From: Podarcis gaigeae
Taxonomy: Eukaryota
Assembly: GCA_964106915.2 (NCBI GenBank)
Contig: OZ066919.1
Reading direction: 5' to 3' (one strand)
Length of the DNA: 64,000 bases
Positions within the stretch are counted from its first letter, which is position 1; every line of letters begins with the position of its first letter. The notes under the pieces are model-generated. The model was not told the origin of the DNA. It saw only the letters and a list, made by a program, of their open reading frames with translations, and did not search any database. This document shows, piece after piece, positions 1-13,941 of this stretch. Position numbers and translations under genes: made by a program.

Positions 1-642
1 AGCACCAGCAACCACAACAGGGTATTCGTCCTTCATTCACAACCCCAACTCAGGTTCCAGTTTCTCCTGGTTGGAACCAGGTGCCTTCTGGAATAGTTCA
101 GCCTCCTCCGTCGCAAGGCACAATGGGCACATTGACAGTTAACCAGGGCTGGAAAAAGGGCCCTTTGCCTGGACAAATGCAGCAGCAACTCCAAGTCAGA
201 CCATCTTTGGCAACGGTACAAACACCCTCCCATCCTCCACCCCCATACCCTTTTGGAAGCCAACAAGCTTCTCAGGCACACACAAACTTTCCTCAGATGA
301 ACAACTCTGGCCAATTTACTGCTCCTCAGATGAAGAATCTTCAGGGAGGGCCTTCACGGGTCCCTACACCACTACAACAACCCCACCTGACCAACAAATC
401 TCCTGCCTCCTCTCCCTCCTCTTTTCAGCAAGGATCTCCTGCATCTTCCCCAACAGTTAACCAAGCACAGCAACAGATGGGACCAAGGCCTCCCCAGAAT
501 AATACTCTCCCCCAGGGGTTCCAACAGCCTATTAATTCTCCTAGCCGTAATCCTATGGTACAGCAGGGGAATGTACCTCCAAACTTCATGGTAATGCAAC
601 AGCAAAACCAGGGTCCACAGGGCTTACATCCCGGGCTAGGAG
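1..642 (+). CDS. NCOA6: NCOA6 coding exon (5'-partial, begins before the window), Q/P-rich; contains PPxY motif PPPY at 237-248
   Basis: Frame from nt 3 reads HQQPQQGIRPSFTTPTQVPVSPGWNQVPSG...SHPPPPYPFGSQQASQAHTNFPQM...QGLHPGLG, recognisable as vertebrate NCOA6. Donor AG|GTAAGT at 643, phase 1. Confidence 0.95.
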
Positions 643-1777
643 GTAAGTAATCATTTTATTGCAAAATATTTGTTCCTAGACTTTATAGCAAATTAATAAG
701 TTACCTATGAACACTGAATTAATATGCACTACCACGTGAATTTCCTGTTGATATATTAAAGAATTGAACTGCTGAATAATGTTTGTCTTGTTTTTCCTGG
801 ACAGGTTGCACATGTTTATATGTTTTGTATGTTGCCTTGCTATTACTATAAAAGCATAAGAATTGGAAGAAATATCACCTTGCCCAAACCAGTGCTTTGA
901 GACAAAATACTATAAATCTCTATTGCTTTCCTAACAGGCCATGTTTTGCTTGAAATCTTCCAAGGGAGGAGATACCGCAACATTATTAAGCCAATTGTAC
1001 AGTTGCTGAAATAATTTTATAAATGGGAACTTTCCCTGTAATGTAAATCTATTGCTCATGTATCCTCAGTTAATAATTAGTAATAAACAATTACTCAGTA
1101 GAAGGGTTTGATTATCATTTCTGGGTTAATAAGCTGAGATGTAGTGTTTTGGCTGTGTATGCAGCCGCTTTACTCCTCCCTTCATGCTGAGAGCAAACAA
1201 ACCAGGAATTTTTTTTGTTAACTAGTTTTCTGTTTCAAATGAACAAGCCAGGATATTTAGCCCTGGGCTTAATTTTGACACTATATCCTAGCTTGTTCTA
1301 AAGTTGTTAACCATAATTTCCCAATTAGGACAAAATGGAAAAATAGTCTGTTGAAGTCTTCCTGGTTTATTTTCTTGTTCATGCCTTAGGGTGCACGTGT
1401 AGTTAAAAAGCTTGTTATTAAGCAGTGATATGATTGTTCAAACATGGTTATTCTTTCTCTGATAGTGAAAAACATTATTAGCATTTCTAATCTTTTTTTT
1501 TCTAGGTTGGCCAAACAAGCCTCTCATGACTTGACATAGTCATTGAGTCCATAGACAGTTTCTTTATACATCACAATTTTCACAGATTTGTGCTTAGAGT
1601 GGTTTGCCGAAAATCAGCCCGAATGCAATAATACGATAATTACAATATGTAACTAAAATTACAATATTCCTATTGCGTTTCAACAGTTAATTTATTAAAA
1701 TTTATCAAATTAAATTAAATTAGCACAAAGTTTACTAACAGACTAAATAATATTCCATAGAATCTCTAAAGCTAATA

Positions 1778-1979
1778 CAGTCATACCTCATGTTGCATCC
1801 GCTTCAGGTTACATCTTTTCAAGTTGCATCCCGTGGCAACCCGGAAGTACCGGAATGGTTACTTCCAAGTTTCGCCACTCATGTGCAGAAGCGCTAAATC
1901 GCACGCTTCTGGATACAAACGCTTCGAGCTGCTGATGTGCCTCCGGGACGGATTACGTCCGCAAGTCGAGGTTCCACTG
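1778..1979. mobile_element. Tc1/mariner (Tigger-like) MITE
   Basis: TA|cagtcatacctc ... gaggttccactg|TA termini with TA TSD. Confidence 0.75.
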
Positions 1980-2227
1980 TAATAGTAGTAACTATTAACA
2001 GCCTTATCCAAAAAAACCTTTGCATACATAGAGTCAAAAGACAAGACCACCCCACTCCATTTCTTCTGGCTGCTGCTCACTTATTAAGGCTACTGGGGAT
2101 GGAGGGTGGAACATAGCCCCCCCCATTTTTCCTGCTTTATTATCCTCTTAACTGTATCATGATAAGAATATATTAATCAATGTTAATATACAATGCAATT
2201 AATAAACAAAGTTATTTTTCTGTCCAG

Positions 2228-2374
2228 GAATGCCCAAGCGTCTCCCCCCTGGCTTTCCTGCAGGACAGGCAAATCAGAACTTCATGCAAAGTCAGGTGCC
2301 TTCTACAGCACCAGGGACACCTGCAAATAGTGGAACACCCCAATTGCAAACAAGTCAAAGTGTGCAGCACACAG
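2228..2374 (+). CDS. NCOA6: NCOA6 coding exon (147 nt)
   Basis: Acceptor ttttttctgtccag|; reads (G)MPKRLPPGFPAGQANQNFMQSQVPSTAPGTPANSGTPQLQTSQSVQHT(G); donor |gtctgg; phase 1-1 joins both neighbours. This frame is not in the ORF track. Confidence 0.93.
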
Positions 2375-3366
2375 GTCTGGTAGCTGAATTTTAATAGATT
2401 ATTGGTCTGCTTTTCTCATTTATGGAAGCTCACTCTAAATGACAATACAGTGTTGTATCCAGCGGTGGTTTAGGAGTAGCTGAACTGCTTCCCCTAGTAC
2501 AAGATGACACACTCAGTTTTTGCCAATCCCCCATACTAATTATAGCACTTTATGCCATATCCAATCTTGAGTAGCCCCTAACCTTCAAGGGATTTTTTTT
2601 GGGCGTGGTAGTGGGGAACATAGGAGGGATTGGTGAAAATCTGGTGCCTTACCTTGTGCAAGCACAAAGCCATCATTAGAGACAATCCACATTACTTGCC
2701 AAATGATGTTGTATTTTCAATAGTAGTAATTTTTGTATGTGTAGAAACGTGACTGCTGTGTTAAATGACACAGAACTGTCAACATCAAAAGTTAAGTTTA
2801 TCTGAAAGGATAGTGCAATGAATTTAGTGCCATTTTGAAAAATTGCCGCCTTCTGTTTGCTGTTGTGGAGACAGTAAACAGCTGTCTTAGGTAAAGTAGG
2901 TGCAATAGAGACCTTGGGTTTAGAGAGAGAAACACTGGGAAGACCAATTAGAGCCTTTCACCCTTTTGTAAAAAATATTTTGTTCATAGACAATGCCCTG
3001 GAAACATTATAAAACCCTATTTGCCTTTCAGTAAAAGATTCTAAATATGACTCTGCTGAATAATATATTATGCTGTTAACTTCTATTTGCTTTGCCCCCC
3101 TGTTCTAGTCCACCACTGATCTGTTACCTCTTTCCTTTGCATGTTCTGATCATGTATGATTGGCAGAAATGCTGTTAGAGAATAATTCTTAGGATTTCCA
3201 ACATTCACAAATACTTTCAGACCATGTTTCAAATATTGGAATTTTGATAGTACAGTATTGTAAATGTTAAACACAGAGAAAATTTTCTGGACTAGTTTAT
3301 TAATTTACATGCTCTTATACCAATTCAGTTTACAATTGTCTAACCTGAACTATTAAAATTTTTAAG

Positions 3367-4486
3367 GTGGTCAAGGAAATGGTCCTCCTCAGAATCAGAT
3401 GCAAGTTCAACATGGCCCATCAAATATGATGCAGACCAACTTAATGGGTCTTCATGGAAATATGAGCAACCAGCAGACAGGTACCAGTGGAGTTCCACAA
3501 GTTAATATGGGCAACATGCAGGGACAGCCTCCACAAGGACCACAATCTCAGCTAATGGGGATGCACCAACAAATAGTATCCTCCCAAGGACAGATGGTGA
3601 ACATTCAGCCTCAGGGATCTCTAAATCCTCAAAACCAAATGATACTTTCTCGAGCTCAGCTCATGCCACAGGGCCAGATGATGGTAGCATCTCAGAACCA
3701 AAATCTTGGTCCATCACAACAAAGGATGACACCACCCAAGCAGATGATTCCCCAGCAAGGCCAACAGATGATGGCTGCACATAATCAGATGATGGGACCG
3801 CAAGGCCAGGTGTTGCTGCAGCAAAATTCAATGATGGAGCAGATGATGACCAATCAGATGCAAGGAAATAAGCAGCCGTTCGGTGCTCAAAGCCAGTCCA
3901 ATGTTATGACGGGGCCAGCTCAAATAATGAGAGGACCAACCCCCAATATGCAGGGAAACCTGGTGCAATTCACAGGACAGATGATGGCCCAGCAAGGCCC
4001 TGTGAACAGCAATCCTTCTCAGGTTATGGGGATTCAAGGACAAGTTCTGAGACCCACAGGAACTAACCCTCACATGTCTCAGCAACTGGGTGATACCACC
4101 ACTACTACAAACAGTGATGTGAACTTGACACAAATGCTACCTGATGTTTCTATGCAACAAGGAAACATGGTGCCTCCCCACTTGCAAGGGATGCAGGGAA
4201 ACAACAATACACCAGGGAGCCATTTTGCTGGGCATGGGATGCCTTTTAGTACTCCTTTTAGTGGAGCTCAGAATGGGAATCAGATTTCCTGTGGACAAAA
4301 TCCAGGTTTTCCTGTCAACAAGGATGTCACAATAACAAGCCCTTTGTTGGTAAACTTGCTGCAAAGTGATATATCTGCAGGACATTTTGGTGTGAACAGC
4401 AAACCGAACAATCAAAATGCCAATAAACCCAAGAAGAAGAAACCTCCAAGGAAGAAGAAAAATAATCAGCAAGTAGAACAAATTAA
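3367..4486 (+). CDS. NCOA6: NCOA6 coding exon, M/Q-rich; LxxLL-1 NR box (LVNLL, 4347-4361) and basic NLS-like KPKKKKPPRKKK
   Basis: Acceptor tttaag|; ORF 3399..4490 extends in frame to 3367; contains the hallmark SPLLVNLLQSDISAGHFG; donor AA|GTAGGT, phase 2. Confidence 0.95.
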
Positions 4487-7400
4487 GTAGGTTTAACATT
4501 TTTGTTTCCTACACAACTGAACCAAGTTTGTTTCTATTTCAGTTGAACATAAGGTTTGCATTTGCTAGCAGTTCTTTTAAGTAAATACTTTTAATTCACA
4601 AAGCAATGCCAGTTTTGCAATTTACACCTCCATCCCATGCAGAAATAAAGAGAAGATAATTAAAGAAGTAACTTTACCAACAATTCATTCTGTGTTTGTG
4701 TTAGTTGTTAAGTTAGAACCCCAAGTGTTGTCACTCTTCAGGTGAAAACTCTTTTTTAAAAAATAGGGCTGATGTAGAAGTAACTCAGAAAAGCAGCACC
4801 AGAAAGAAACCTCAGTGACAGGTTTTTAGTTGAATTATAGGCACAATAAATGATTGAAGAGCACTTTCAGACATGCTGCTACATAGTGTGCTTGTCACTG
4901 CTGAGGCTTTCAGTGCAGTCTACAGAATGATGAGAAATCAGGGCTGGCTATAGGAAGAGGAGTTTTTTGTATGGGGCTGTGCCTATGGACATTGCTGCCA
5001 AAATGCCCCAGACACAATTGGATCACAGCCAGCTAGTACTCTCTCTTAACTTTGCTCCCACTCCTCTTTCCTTAAGTGCACATACCAGCTCTCCTTTCCC
5101 CGTCACTTACCATGGTGTTTCACACCATTTTTGCAGGCCAGAAAATATGCTTGTATTGATAAATAGTATACTATTTCCTTGTCTATTTGACCTGGAAAAA
5201 GAATTGCCAGACCAGGCCACATGAAAGCCACACTGCTAATGAGAAGGAGGCCTTGAGCCTTGCCTTCCACTTGATGACACTTGCTGGATCATTGATGGGA
5301 CAAATGACTGTTGTCCTGTTACTACATTAGGTAGAACTATATAAAAACAAAGTGTCTAGACTGTAACACAAATAATAAAACCTCATTTTCACTATTGGTT
5401 ACATAACACTAACATGTTCATGAGTGGATTTGTTCAGTGGAGACAGTATTCCAGTATTAGAGTAATTCCTACAACAAAATGCTCATTCCATACAATGTGT
5501 TGAATTGTATGGTAGCTGTCCCAGAAATATTCTACTTACAGTAGGCCATAGGGCATTTAAGTGGGTCTCAGGATTGTGCTACTTGCCTCTGCACAAAGGA
5601 GTGAATTTGTGAGTCAAGATTTTCACAAATTTCCTAATTTCAGCAGTATTTTTCCTCCTAAAAGGAGCAGGAGAAAGTGGGGATCAAGTTTATGTCTGTA
5701 TCTGTGGATGCCCTGGTCACATGATTTCCTGCGTGCAGTGTTTAGTAGGCCACAGTTCCATAGTTCACTTTTCTACCTTATTACATGTAATGAAAAATGT
5801 TGTGATAGAAAGTATCAGTCATTAAAAATTGAGAACATTTAGATTTTCAGAATATAATAATAGATTGCAGTGTATGGCTTTTCATTATAACACATTAATA
5901 GGAAAAGACACAATTATAAGAAAAGATACTATTTTCTGAATTCTGTTGTTGTTATGACTTGGGGGGAAAAGCAAGGTTGCCTGTTTTTATAAATGGGTGA
6001 TGGTCACATGGCTTTTTCATGGGTGGCAGAGAAATGGCACAGCATCAATATTTAAATGTATCTTTTAAGTCCACAAGGCCACATGGACCTCTGAGATTTT
6101 GACCATAGTCAAACAGTCAAGCCTTCCTCAACTTTGTACTCTACAACTGTTTTGGACTACAGCTGCCATTAGTCCAAGCCGGCATAGTCTGTAAGCCAAA
6201 ACAGTCGAAAGGGACTTGGTTGGGGTAGGCTAGCTTAGTCTCTTGCAATGCAGGCAATGAATACAGCTGTTCATGTGATCATAACACTGTTGTCTGCTGT
6301 CTGACTTTTAAGTTGACTGTGGCTTTTACAAACTTCTGTTGCCTTCAGACTCCTTCAAAAACACCCTAACACTCAGTAACTTCCAGTGTTTGAAGTGCTT
6401 TGTGTATTGCTAAACCTTGGCGCACTTGTAAGATACACTAGTATTATTGCTCTTACTGTGCAAACTGTGGGGCAAACAATGAGAAATTAGGTACTTGACC
6501 AAGACAGGTCCCCAGCTATGTGATGTCAGTACAACTTAAACTTCCAAATAGATTACAAATATTTTTCAAGTTAGCCTCTAGTGTAGGTTGTGTTTAGTTG
6601 GGGGTCAAGAAAGGGAATAAGCTGAAGAACATGGAGGGGAGAGCTGTCTTTGTTATGCAAAGAGCTTGATTTTGTAAAGTTTCCTTATGCAACTAATGAC
6701 GTTCCTGACATTTATTCTCTGTAGCTTTTGAAAAGAGAGTCTAAAGTCAGTGATGTGTTAAACTTAGTGGCTTGTATTGTATTGTATAGTATGGTTTAGA
6801 TAGTAGTAGGCCTTTCTAAACCTTATAGCACTGGAAGGAATCATTGCTTTCTCAAGAATGACATCACAAGAACAATATAAGTTGCACTTCTTACATAGCT
6901 GTGTTAAGATATCACTCAGAGACCTCTGTATGCATTTCCCATATCCCCTATCAGTTCCCTTCTGCTTAATCACAGAATGCAAACTTGCAGCTCATGTTCC
7001 TTGACTGAATAGGAGCACAGCAGAAGAATATACTTAAGGCAGGGGTGAGGAACCTTCAGTCCACAGGCCAATCTCAGTATTTTATGGGTATCACTGCACT
7101 CAAGAATAACCCCAGTCACAGATGAGCTGCAAAAGCAGGTTTTTTAGTCACTAAAGATATGAAAGGTATGCATAGGCCTCCTATTTCATGTAGCAGTCTA
7201 GCGTAGGTGAGTGCCAATGTGAAAGCACTGGATCAAGCTTATAGTAAACAATACAAAAATTGTGTAGTTTTAATATCCTGTTGCTAATTGCTAATACGCT
7301 GTGCTAATGAAATTAGCGTAGCATATATGTAACAGTTCTGTAAGTTCTTTCTGGGTGGAAATACAAAAGTAGCTTATCAAGCTTTTTCACTCCTTTAGGA

Positions 7401-10400
7401 AACTTGTTTGAAGCAGAACATAGCAAAACAGTTATCTGGAGGGAATTGATTAGCAGTTTGTAGATTCTGAGACAAAAGAAAAATATGGTACAAGTAATTG
7501 AGATTATTAAAATAACTTGATAAAGAGCAATAATCTGTGGCAGGCATCATAGATATGATGTTGTTGGAGGTAAAGAAGTACAGTTGATGGAGTAAGAAAC
7601 TTCCAGAGTGATTTCTCCTTTCAGTTGAGACTTCTGTACAGTTCATTTATTGATTAATATGCATTAAACCAAGAAACCCATCCCCTTATAACTGATTGTT
7701 AACATTCTGGGTCTCCTGATTCTGCTTTCTTATTTCACTGGTACACTGGAAATTTTGATATATCATGAGAGCATTAGAACATATATTTGTGGGTGTTAAC
7801 AGCTATAGTGCTTTGTGCCTCTCTCTGCAAACTGGTAATGGCAACAGTAGATGACATTGCTAAAGCTTATTGGATAGGTTTGCTTTTGTAGATGCACAAA
7901 TGTTTCCCTGAAATAAGCAAGTTTGACAAGATTTGAACAATTATCTCAGAGGTTGTATGCTGCCCTTTCAACATAAGTATAATCAGAATGAGAAAACAGT
8001 CAGAGGTCTCTTTTCCGAGTTTTTAAGATAAGCATGTTTGTTTGTTTATTAAATATATATCCTTCATGTCTTCTGGATTGGAGAGGGTAGCACAGTGACT
8101 ATTAGTGGCAAAAAATATAGCTGTTTGGGGAAAGAAATTTCTCCCACCACCACTGTACCTGCTTCAGATGAAATACTATAAAATAAATAAATATAACACT
8201 CACACTTGAAGCGAAGTAAAACATTACTGAAAAAAATAAGCAACCAAGTTGCTCCACATTCTATTACCACACATTTATATAGGCACACACAGCCTCTACT
8301 TCCAGCCATGCAGCTTACACCTACTCTCCTAATGGGTTTCAGTCCAGAATTGGTTCTACTGCTTCTGGGAACAATGGCTGAGAGGGAGACAACAGAGAAT
8401 CGGAGAGTGACCCCAACAAGATCTGAGCAACGAAAGAAGAGGTCATAAACTTGAATAAAGTTAAATTTTCACACTTTGTTCTGAATTTAATTTGATCCCC
8501 TCCCCCCAAAAAAACCCCTGGAATTCATTGGCAATGATTTTGGTGGTGGCAGAAAAAAAAGATTGTGTGGATACAGGTGAAAGCTAGAGCATATGTATGA
8601 AGCTGTTGACAATTTCCAGTTCCTAATACTTTCCACACTTAAATATACCTGAACAGAAGATAGCACATTCACTGGAGTTCTTACCATACACAGAATTGAG
8701 ATTAAATTAGTTTTAAAGTTAAAAAACCTATTTTGAAGCATATGATCCCTTTTTTTATTTTATTTGTTTAATGTTTCCTAAGAAGTCAATAGTGTGTTTT
8801 AGATTGTGGAGGAAAACTACCAGAACAAAACTTTTCCATTTGGTCAGAAACCTGGCTGCGATTTCTACTACGGGAAACATGGTGCAGATATATACATAGG
8901 TAAATGTAAAGTGAAAGTGCCCTATACCCACCCCGCTGGCCAACTTTCTGTTTGGTGAGTATGGCAGAAGTGAAAAAAAATATCACTAGAGGAAAGTGAA
9001 AGAGTAAGAGAGAGAATATCTCAACCAGTATGTTTCAGTGTATGATGACAGTTGATATAGGATGGTGTGCATGTGAAGAAACTAATTTTACTAGCAAATA
9101 CAGCACACCCACATCTAATTCTGCACCCTTCTCCCTTTTCAGCCTGCTTAGGATTTCTTCAGCAAAAAAAATGTTAGCTGAAGAATTTTATGGAGGCACT
9201 AACTTTTTACTAACTCTTCCTCCCTTCTGACTTTGGAAGAGAAGATTATGGACATACCCTGTCTTCTAAACCTTTTCTATCCCTGTCCTTTTGGCAATCC
9301 ATAGAATCAAAGGACTTTCTGTCACTTTTTTTTTAAAGCAACCTCAAACCTAGCAAGGTTAAGTTTCAGTAAGATCACATGGCTATGTACTGATTAGGCA
9401 TGTCTTCTTTCGTTTTTTAAGCAAATCCTAAGCCATGACCAAAAATGTCCGATGTATAGCCCACTAATAATGAAAGGAGAATGCATTTACTGGTATGTAT
9501 TACTGAGTAAAACAATTAATGGAGATGGTAAGAGATAGAACAGTAGAGCAGGTTTGATGTCCAGTTTTAACCACAAATAAGTTGAAAACACTTAACTGGA
9601 ATTTTGCAAGTGTGTGATTTTAGGACTCTGACAGAGTATAGAAATCCATGGGTAAAAAACCTAGAGTTCATTAAAGTTATAGGGTTATAGCCATTCATGA
9701 AACAGACTTCCATGTGTTTAACAGAACTTCCCCTTGCTTTCCTGCAGCCCCTTGTACACCCTCAAAATCTGATTCAATGGGTTAGGGGACCCTGTGGAGC
9801 AGATTTAGGATGTGCATGTGGGGAGAGGAAGGAGAAGTCCCATTGTGTCAGCAAAAAAATTTCTTGAACATTGTTAGACACAACCCATATGGATTAGGGC
9901 AGATTAAATGTGAAAAAGCAAGGAACATTGTCCAGCACAGTAGCCTTAAAGATATGGGGTGATACTCAACTATTTTTTTCATTCAGAGTTGACTCATTGA
10001 AACTAAACCATGACTAAATTAGGTGTATTAATGTCAAACTCTGCATAAACGTGAGTGAATGCCAGCCCCAGTGTGATGCAAAGTTGCAAAGAGTACTGAG
10101 ACTCAGTTTTCAGAGGGCCCATGCTTGACAGCCATGTGGAATTTGGACAGGAGCACTGCAGTTAATGTTAGGGCAGGGAATTTGGGGAAGACAAAACAAA
10201 ATATCCATTTGGTGACATCTAACATCACTCACATGACAGCATGTCTGCTTCCCCATGGCTCTGCATTCCCATGTGCTCTGGAAGGTCTCTCAATCCTCAA
10301 ATAAATATTGGGGGAGCATGGTGCCAAGTTCGAGAGGCAGGAGAGCAAAAAAGTCCTGTTGCACAATCCCTCTTGTGCTGAGAGATTGGCACCCATTGCT

Positions 10401-12316
10401 TGCTTTTAAATCTAACAACACCTTAAAACATCTCATGTTTGTATTGTGCTTTGTTTGCTTCTGGAAATGATATGTGAATAAGCATTTTAAAAAACTAATA
10501 GATTGCAGCAGGAGCTTTCGCAAGTGAGAGTATTACTTCATCAGAGGCATGATGAAGAAACACTTGCTCCCAACAGCTTATAAAATATTGTGATGATGCA
10601 ATATAAGAGCCTCTCTTTTGGTGTAGTAAGGCTGTTTATAATCTCTGCTACAGCAGACTAATATGGTTAGTCTCCTGGAACCTTCCTTTGAGACAAATAC
10701 TTTATTTTGTTCAGGTTTAAACTTGGAAGATACTTTATCCAATAAATTCATGTAGAACTGGCAGTACATTTCTGTTACATTTATTAATGCATGGATAGCC
10801 TACATGGTACTCATTTTGGACTGCAACAATTGGCTAAGGCTGATAGGTGTTTTAGCCCGCAACATCTAGTGGTCACTGCATTTGCTAGCCCTGGATTATC
10901 CCATGTTTCAGAATTGTCTACTGAGCATTCATTCTGATTTGTTTGCAGGGAGCAGGGTCGACCCACCCATGAGATGAGGTGAAGCAGTTGCCTCAGGCAG
11001 CAGTTCTGACCTCCAAGGAGCGTGCCACTGCAGTGTGCCACCACCTATTCCTCTCCAGCCTCCTTTTACTCCCCCACTGCATTCAGCGTAGGGGGTGGCA
11101 GAGGAGGAGGAAGAGCCAGGTGGCATATTCAGTTTTGCCTCAAGGAGCAAAACATCCTGGGCCAGCCCAGGTAGGGAGGTTAGATACTGTTATGTCAAGC
11201 AAATCTTATTGCACAATTCCCAGTGCATTTTCCCATCACTTTCCTTATTGCAAAAAGTTCAGTTTTGGGGGTGAGAAAGCAGGTTTGTTGTGCAAGAACA
11301 ACATATCCACTTTAATTGTGCAACCTAAATTTCCTAGTCAGTATGTGTTTGAAAATAGTGGCACTCTGGAAGAATCCGTGGTGGATATGGAAATGGGGCA
11401 GATTTCTGTGCAATTGTGTTTGTATGTCACAGAGTGTCTGATAACTCTGTTCATTCTCAGTGGGGTTCAGCTGGTTTTCCTTTTGAAACCACTTCCTCTT
11501 GGTCCCTCCACATGCCTTGGGGTAGTCATTTATGTGGAATTTTGGGGCTAGTATCAAGTAGGGATTTCAGTGCTAATCTCTACCACTGATTTCCAAGGTT
11601 GCAGGAGTATAAAAGACATAGAGTATATGCCACTCTCAGTAATTGTGTTTACCCTAGAAATGCTCAGCATTTTTCTTGCTATAACAAATTTCCTGGTGTC
11701 TCCCCCCCCCCCCCACTTTTTTGTGTATTTTGCATGAAATGAGGAGGGAAGTTGTCCATAGAGATAAGACTTCTCAATTGTAACTTCCCTGGGTAACTTC
11801 TTTATCCAATTTCCTAGTTCTAAAGCAGAGCTACAAAGGATGTAGAAAGTTGGGGATACATGAGCTAGCTCTCTTAATAGACACGCTAAAAGTGAAATTT
11901 ACAGAAAGCTTGTAACGTGTAACATTGACATGCGAGTCAACATCCCTGTTGCTACATCAAAGGGCTTGTGATCAGTTTGCGGAGAGGCAGGGCTCAACAG
12001 CAGCTGTTTTATTTGCAGAGAAATAGGCAGTGATTAGAGTGAACAGGAAATTTGGTGGTGAGAGGTGGGGAATTCTCAGGCCTCACCCTTCCCCTGGATC
12101 AAAGGCTATATCAGTGGTTCTGTCTCACTGGCTTTTAAAGTCTAATTGGGAAAAACTAATCATGTCCTCTGCAGGCCATATCACACTGGGTCGGAAACTG
12201 TATTGCTGTAGCGTACAAGGCAGGAGATCTCTGGCTTACAGTGATTCTGTTGTGTGTATTGTTACTTCACTCCCAAATCTAAAAATAACAGCTTCATATG
12301 TGGTGAATGGCCTTCA

Positions 12317-12660
12317 AAGGGAAGATCCACAGCTCAGTGGATAGAGCTTGTGTTTTTTCAAGGTGTCAGGTCTATTATCTTTATCTGACATCTCTTAAAA
12401 GCAGCTTTCTCTAACCTTGAGTCCCCATATGTTTAACTAAATGCCTGTCGATTCCAGTCAGCGTTGCCAAGGGGCAGAGACGATTGGAATGGTAGTCCCA
12501 ACATCATCTAGGGACCCAAGGATTGCTTAAAGCTATCTTAAATGCTCATGGGTTGCAGAACTGGAAAACACCAAACATTTCTGCCTGAAACTGGACAGCT
12601 GCTGGCTTCATAGGCAATATTAGCCGAGATGGACCATTTTCTGATTCAAGACTGACTAAA
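12317..12660 (+). mobile_element. Degenerate tRNA-derived SINE (Squam3-like) interrupted by a hairpin MITE (about 12400-12535)
   Basis: Head cagctcagtggatagagc and tail cctgaaa...gagatggacc...ctgattc resemble the copies at 24.0 and 62.5 kb. Confidence 0.45.
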
Positions 12661-13471
12661 CATGGTGATTCTAGTCCAGAGTCTTTCAGTCATATTTGAT
12701 AACCAAATATTTTTATCTTTGTCATTTGTCTCATGATGGAAGGTTCTTAAAGATAACCAGCTTTCAGTAATTCTAATTTGAAGTGGTATCAGCCTCCCTG
12801 CTTCACCTGAGCGACTATGGCCGCAATCCTAAACACATTTACCAGGGCCTAAGCACCATTGAACATGTTGAAAGTTGCTTCTGAATAAAGTTGGGCAGGC
12901 TTTTGCCATATTCTGCATTACATTTTTTGTGCTTTGGCCTAAAAATGGGAGACACAGTTGAGGCTTGAGGGGAATCCTGAGGCTTGAGGTTGCTATAAGG
13001 TAGATAAAGAGTCCTTTTTGCTTCTTACCTGATATAAGTATTTTGAGATCTAGGGCTGAAAAATAACTCTGCCTTAAACTAATGAACAAAATAAGCAGTG
13101 ACCTTGGTTGTTAATACTACTTGTGTCCAGAGGTGGTTGTATGTTACACCAGCAACATATTTAGGGCGCTGCAGGTGACTCCTCTACACAGAGCACTGAG
13201 GCGAGGCGGCACTTGAGTTCCCACTATGTGTAGTGCACTTGAGAACATGCACAGAATGGAAGGAAAGAGTGGGGAAGGCACCAAATAAATATTCAGCCAA
13301 AGTCCGCCCCTGGTTACACACAGCTGGCTATAATATCAAAAGTATGGTATAAGAGAAATGCCATGAATGTGCTATGCTTCCCCCATTGTATAATGTAATG
13401 AATTTCAGCTTGCTTTCTTTTCTGTAAAAAAGAACTCAAACTGCATTAGTCATACACATTTCTGTCTTTAG

Positions 13472-13593
13472 TGCTTCAGAACCACGCCCGGCAGGCCTTG
13501 AGGAGTCAGATCAGCCACCATTACCAGGAGAGCAAGGTATAAATTTGGATAACACTGGACATAAGCTTTCGGACTTCACAAACAGGCCACCAG
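13472..13593 (+). CDS. NCOA6: NCOA6 coding exon (122 nt)
   Basis: Acceptor ttctgtctttag|; reads (N)ASEPRPAGLEESDQPPLPGEQGINLDNTGHKLSDFTNRPP(G); donor |gtgatg; phases 2 and 1 fit the flanking exons. Confidence 0.93.
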
Positions 13594-13941
13594 GTGATGA
13601 ACATGTTTTCATTATTTTTAATGTACTCTTTATATACAATATTATCATTTACTGTGCTTCACTCATTGCTTATTAAGACTGAACCTAAATTTGGTATTCC
13701 TACTACTTGTAGGTACACTGACAGGAACTGCATCACATGTTAGTTAATCGGGTCCATGTAGCATACCTTCACCCACTTCAAACTTATTTTATTGCTTTTT
13801 TCAACAAAACAAACATTACATTGTTATCCAGTATCACAACTTGCATTCCATATTTGCCATAACTAGACAATACAAAAGAGGCCAGTTTTAGTGACATCTT
13901 GCAGATTTTTGATAAAAGAATGTTTCTATTTATCTCTATAG

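Noticed and set aside
10979-11551. 190-aa intronic ORF
   Set aside because: Non-ATG start, begins in a decayed MITE-like repeat (about 10950-11170), no recognisable domain or splice context.
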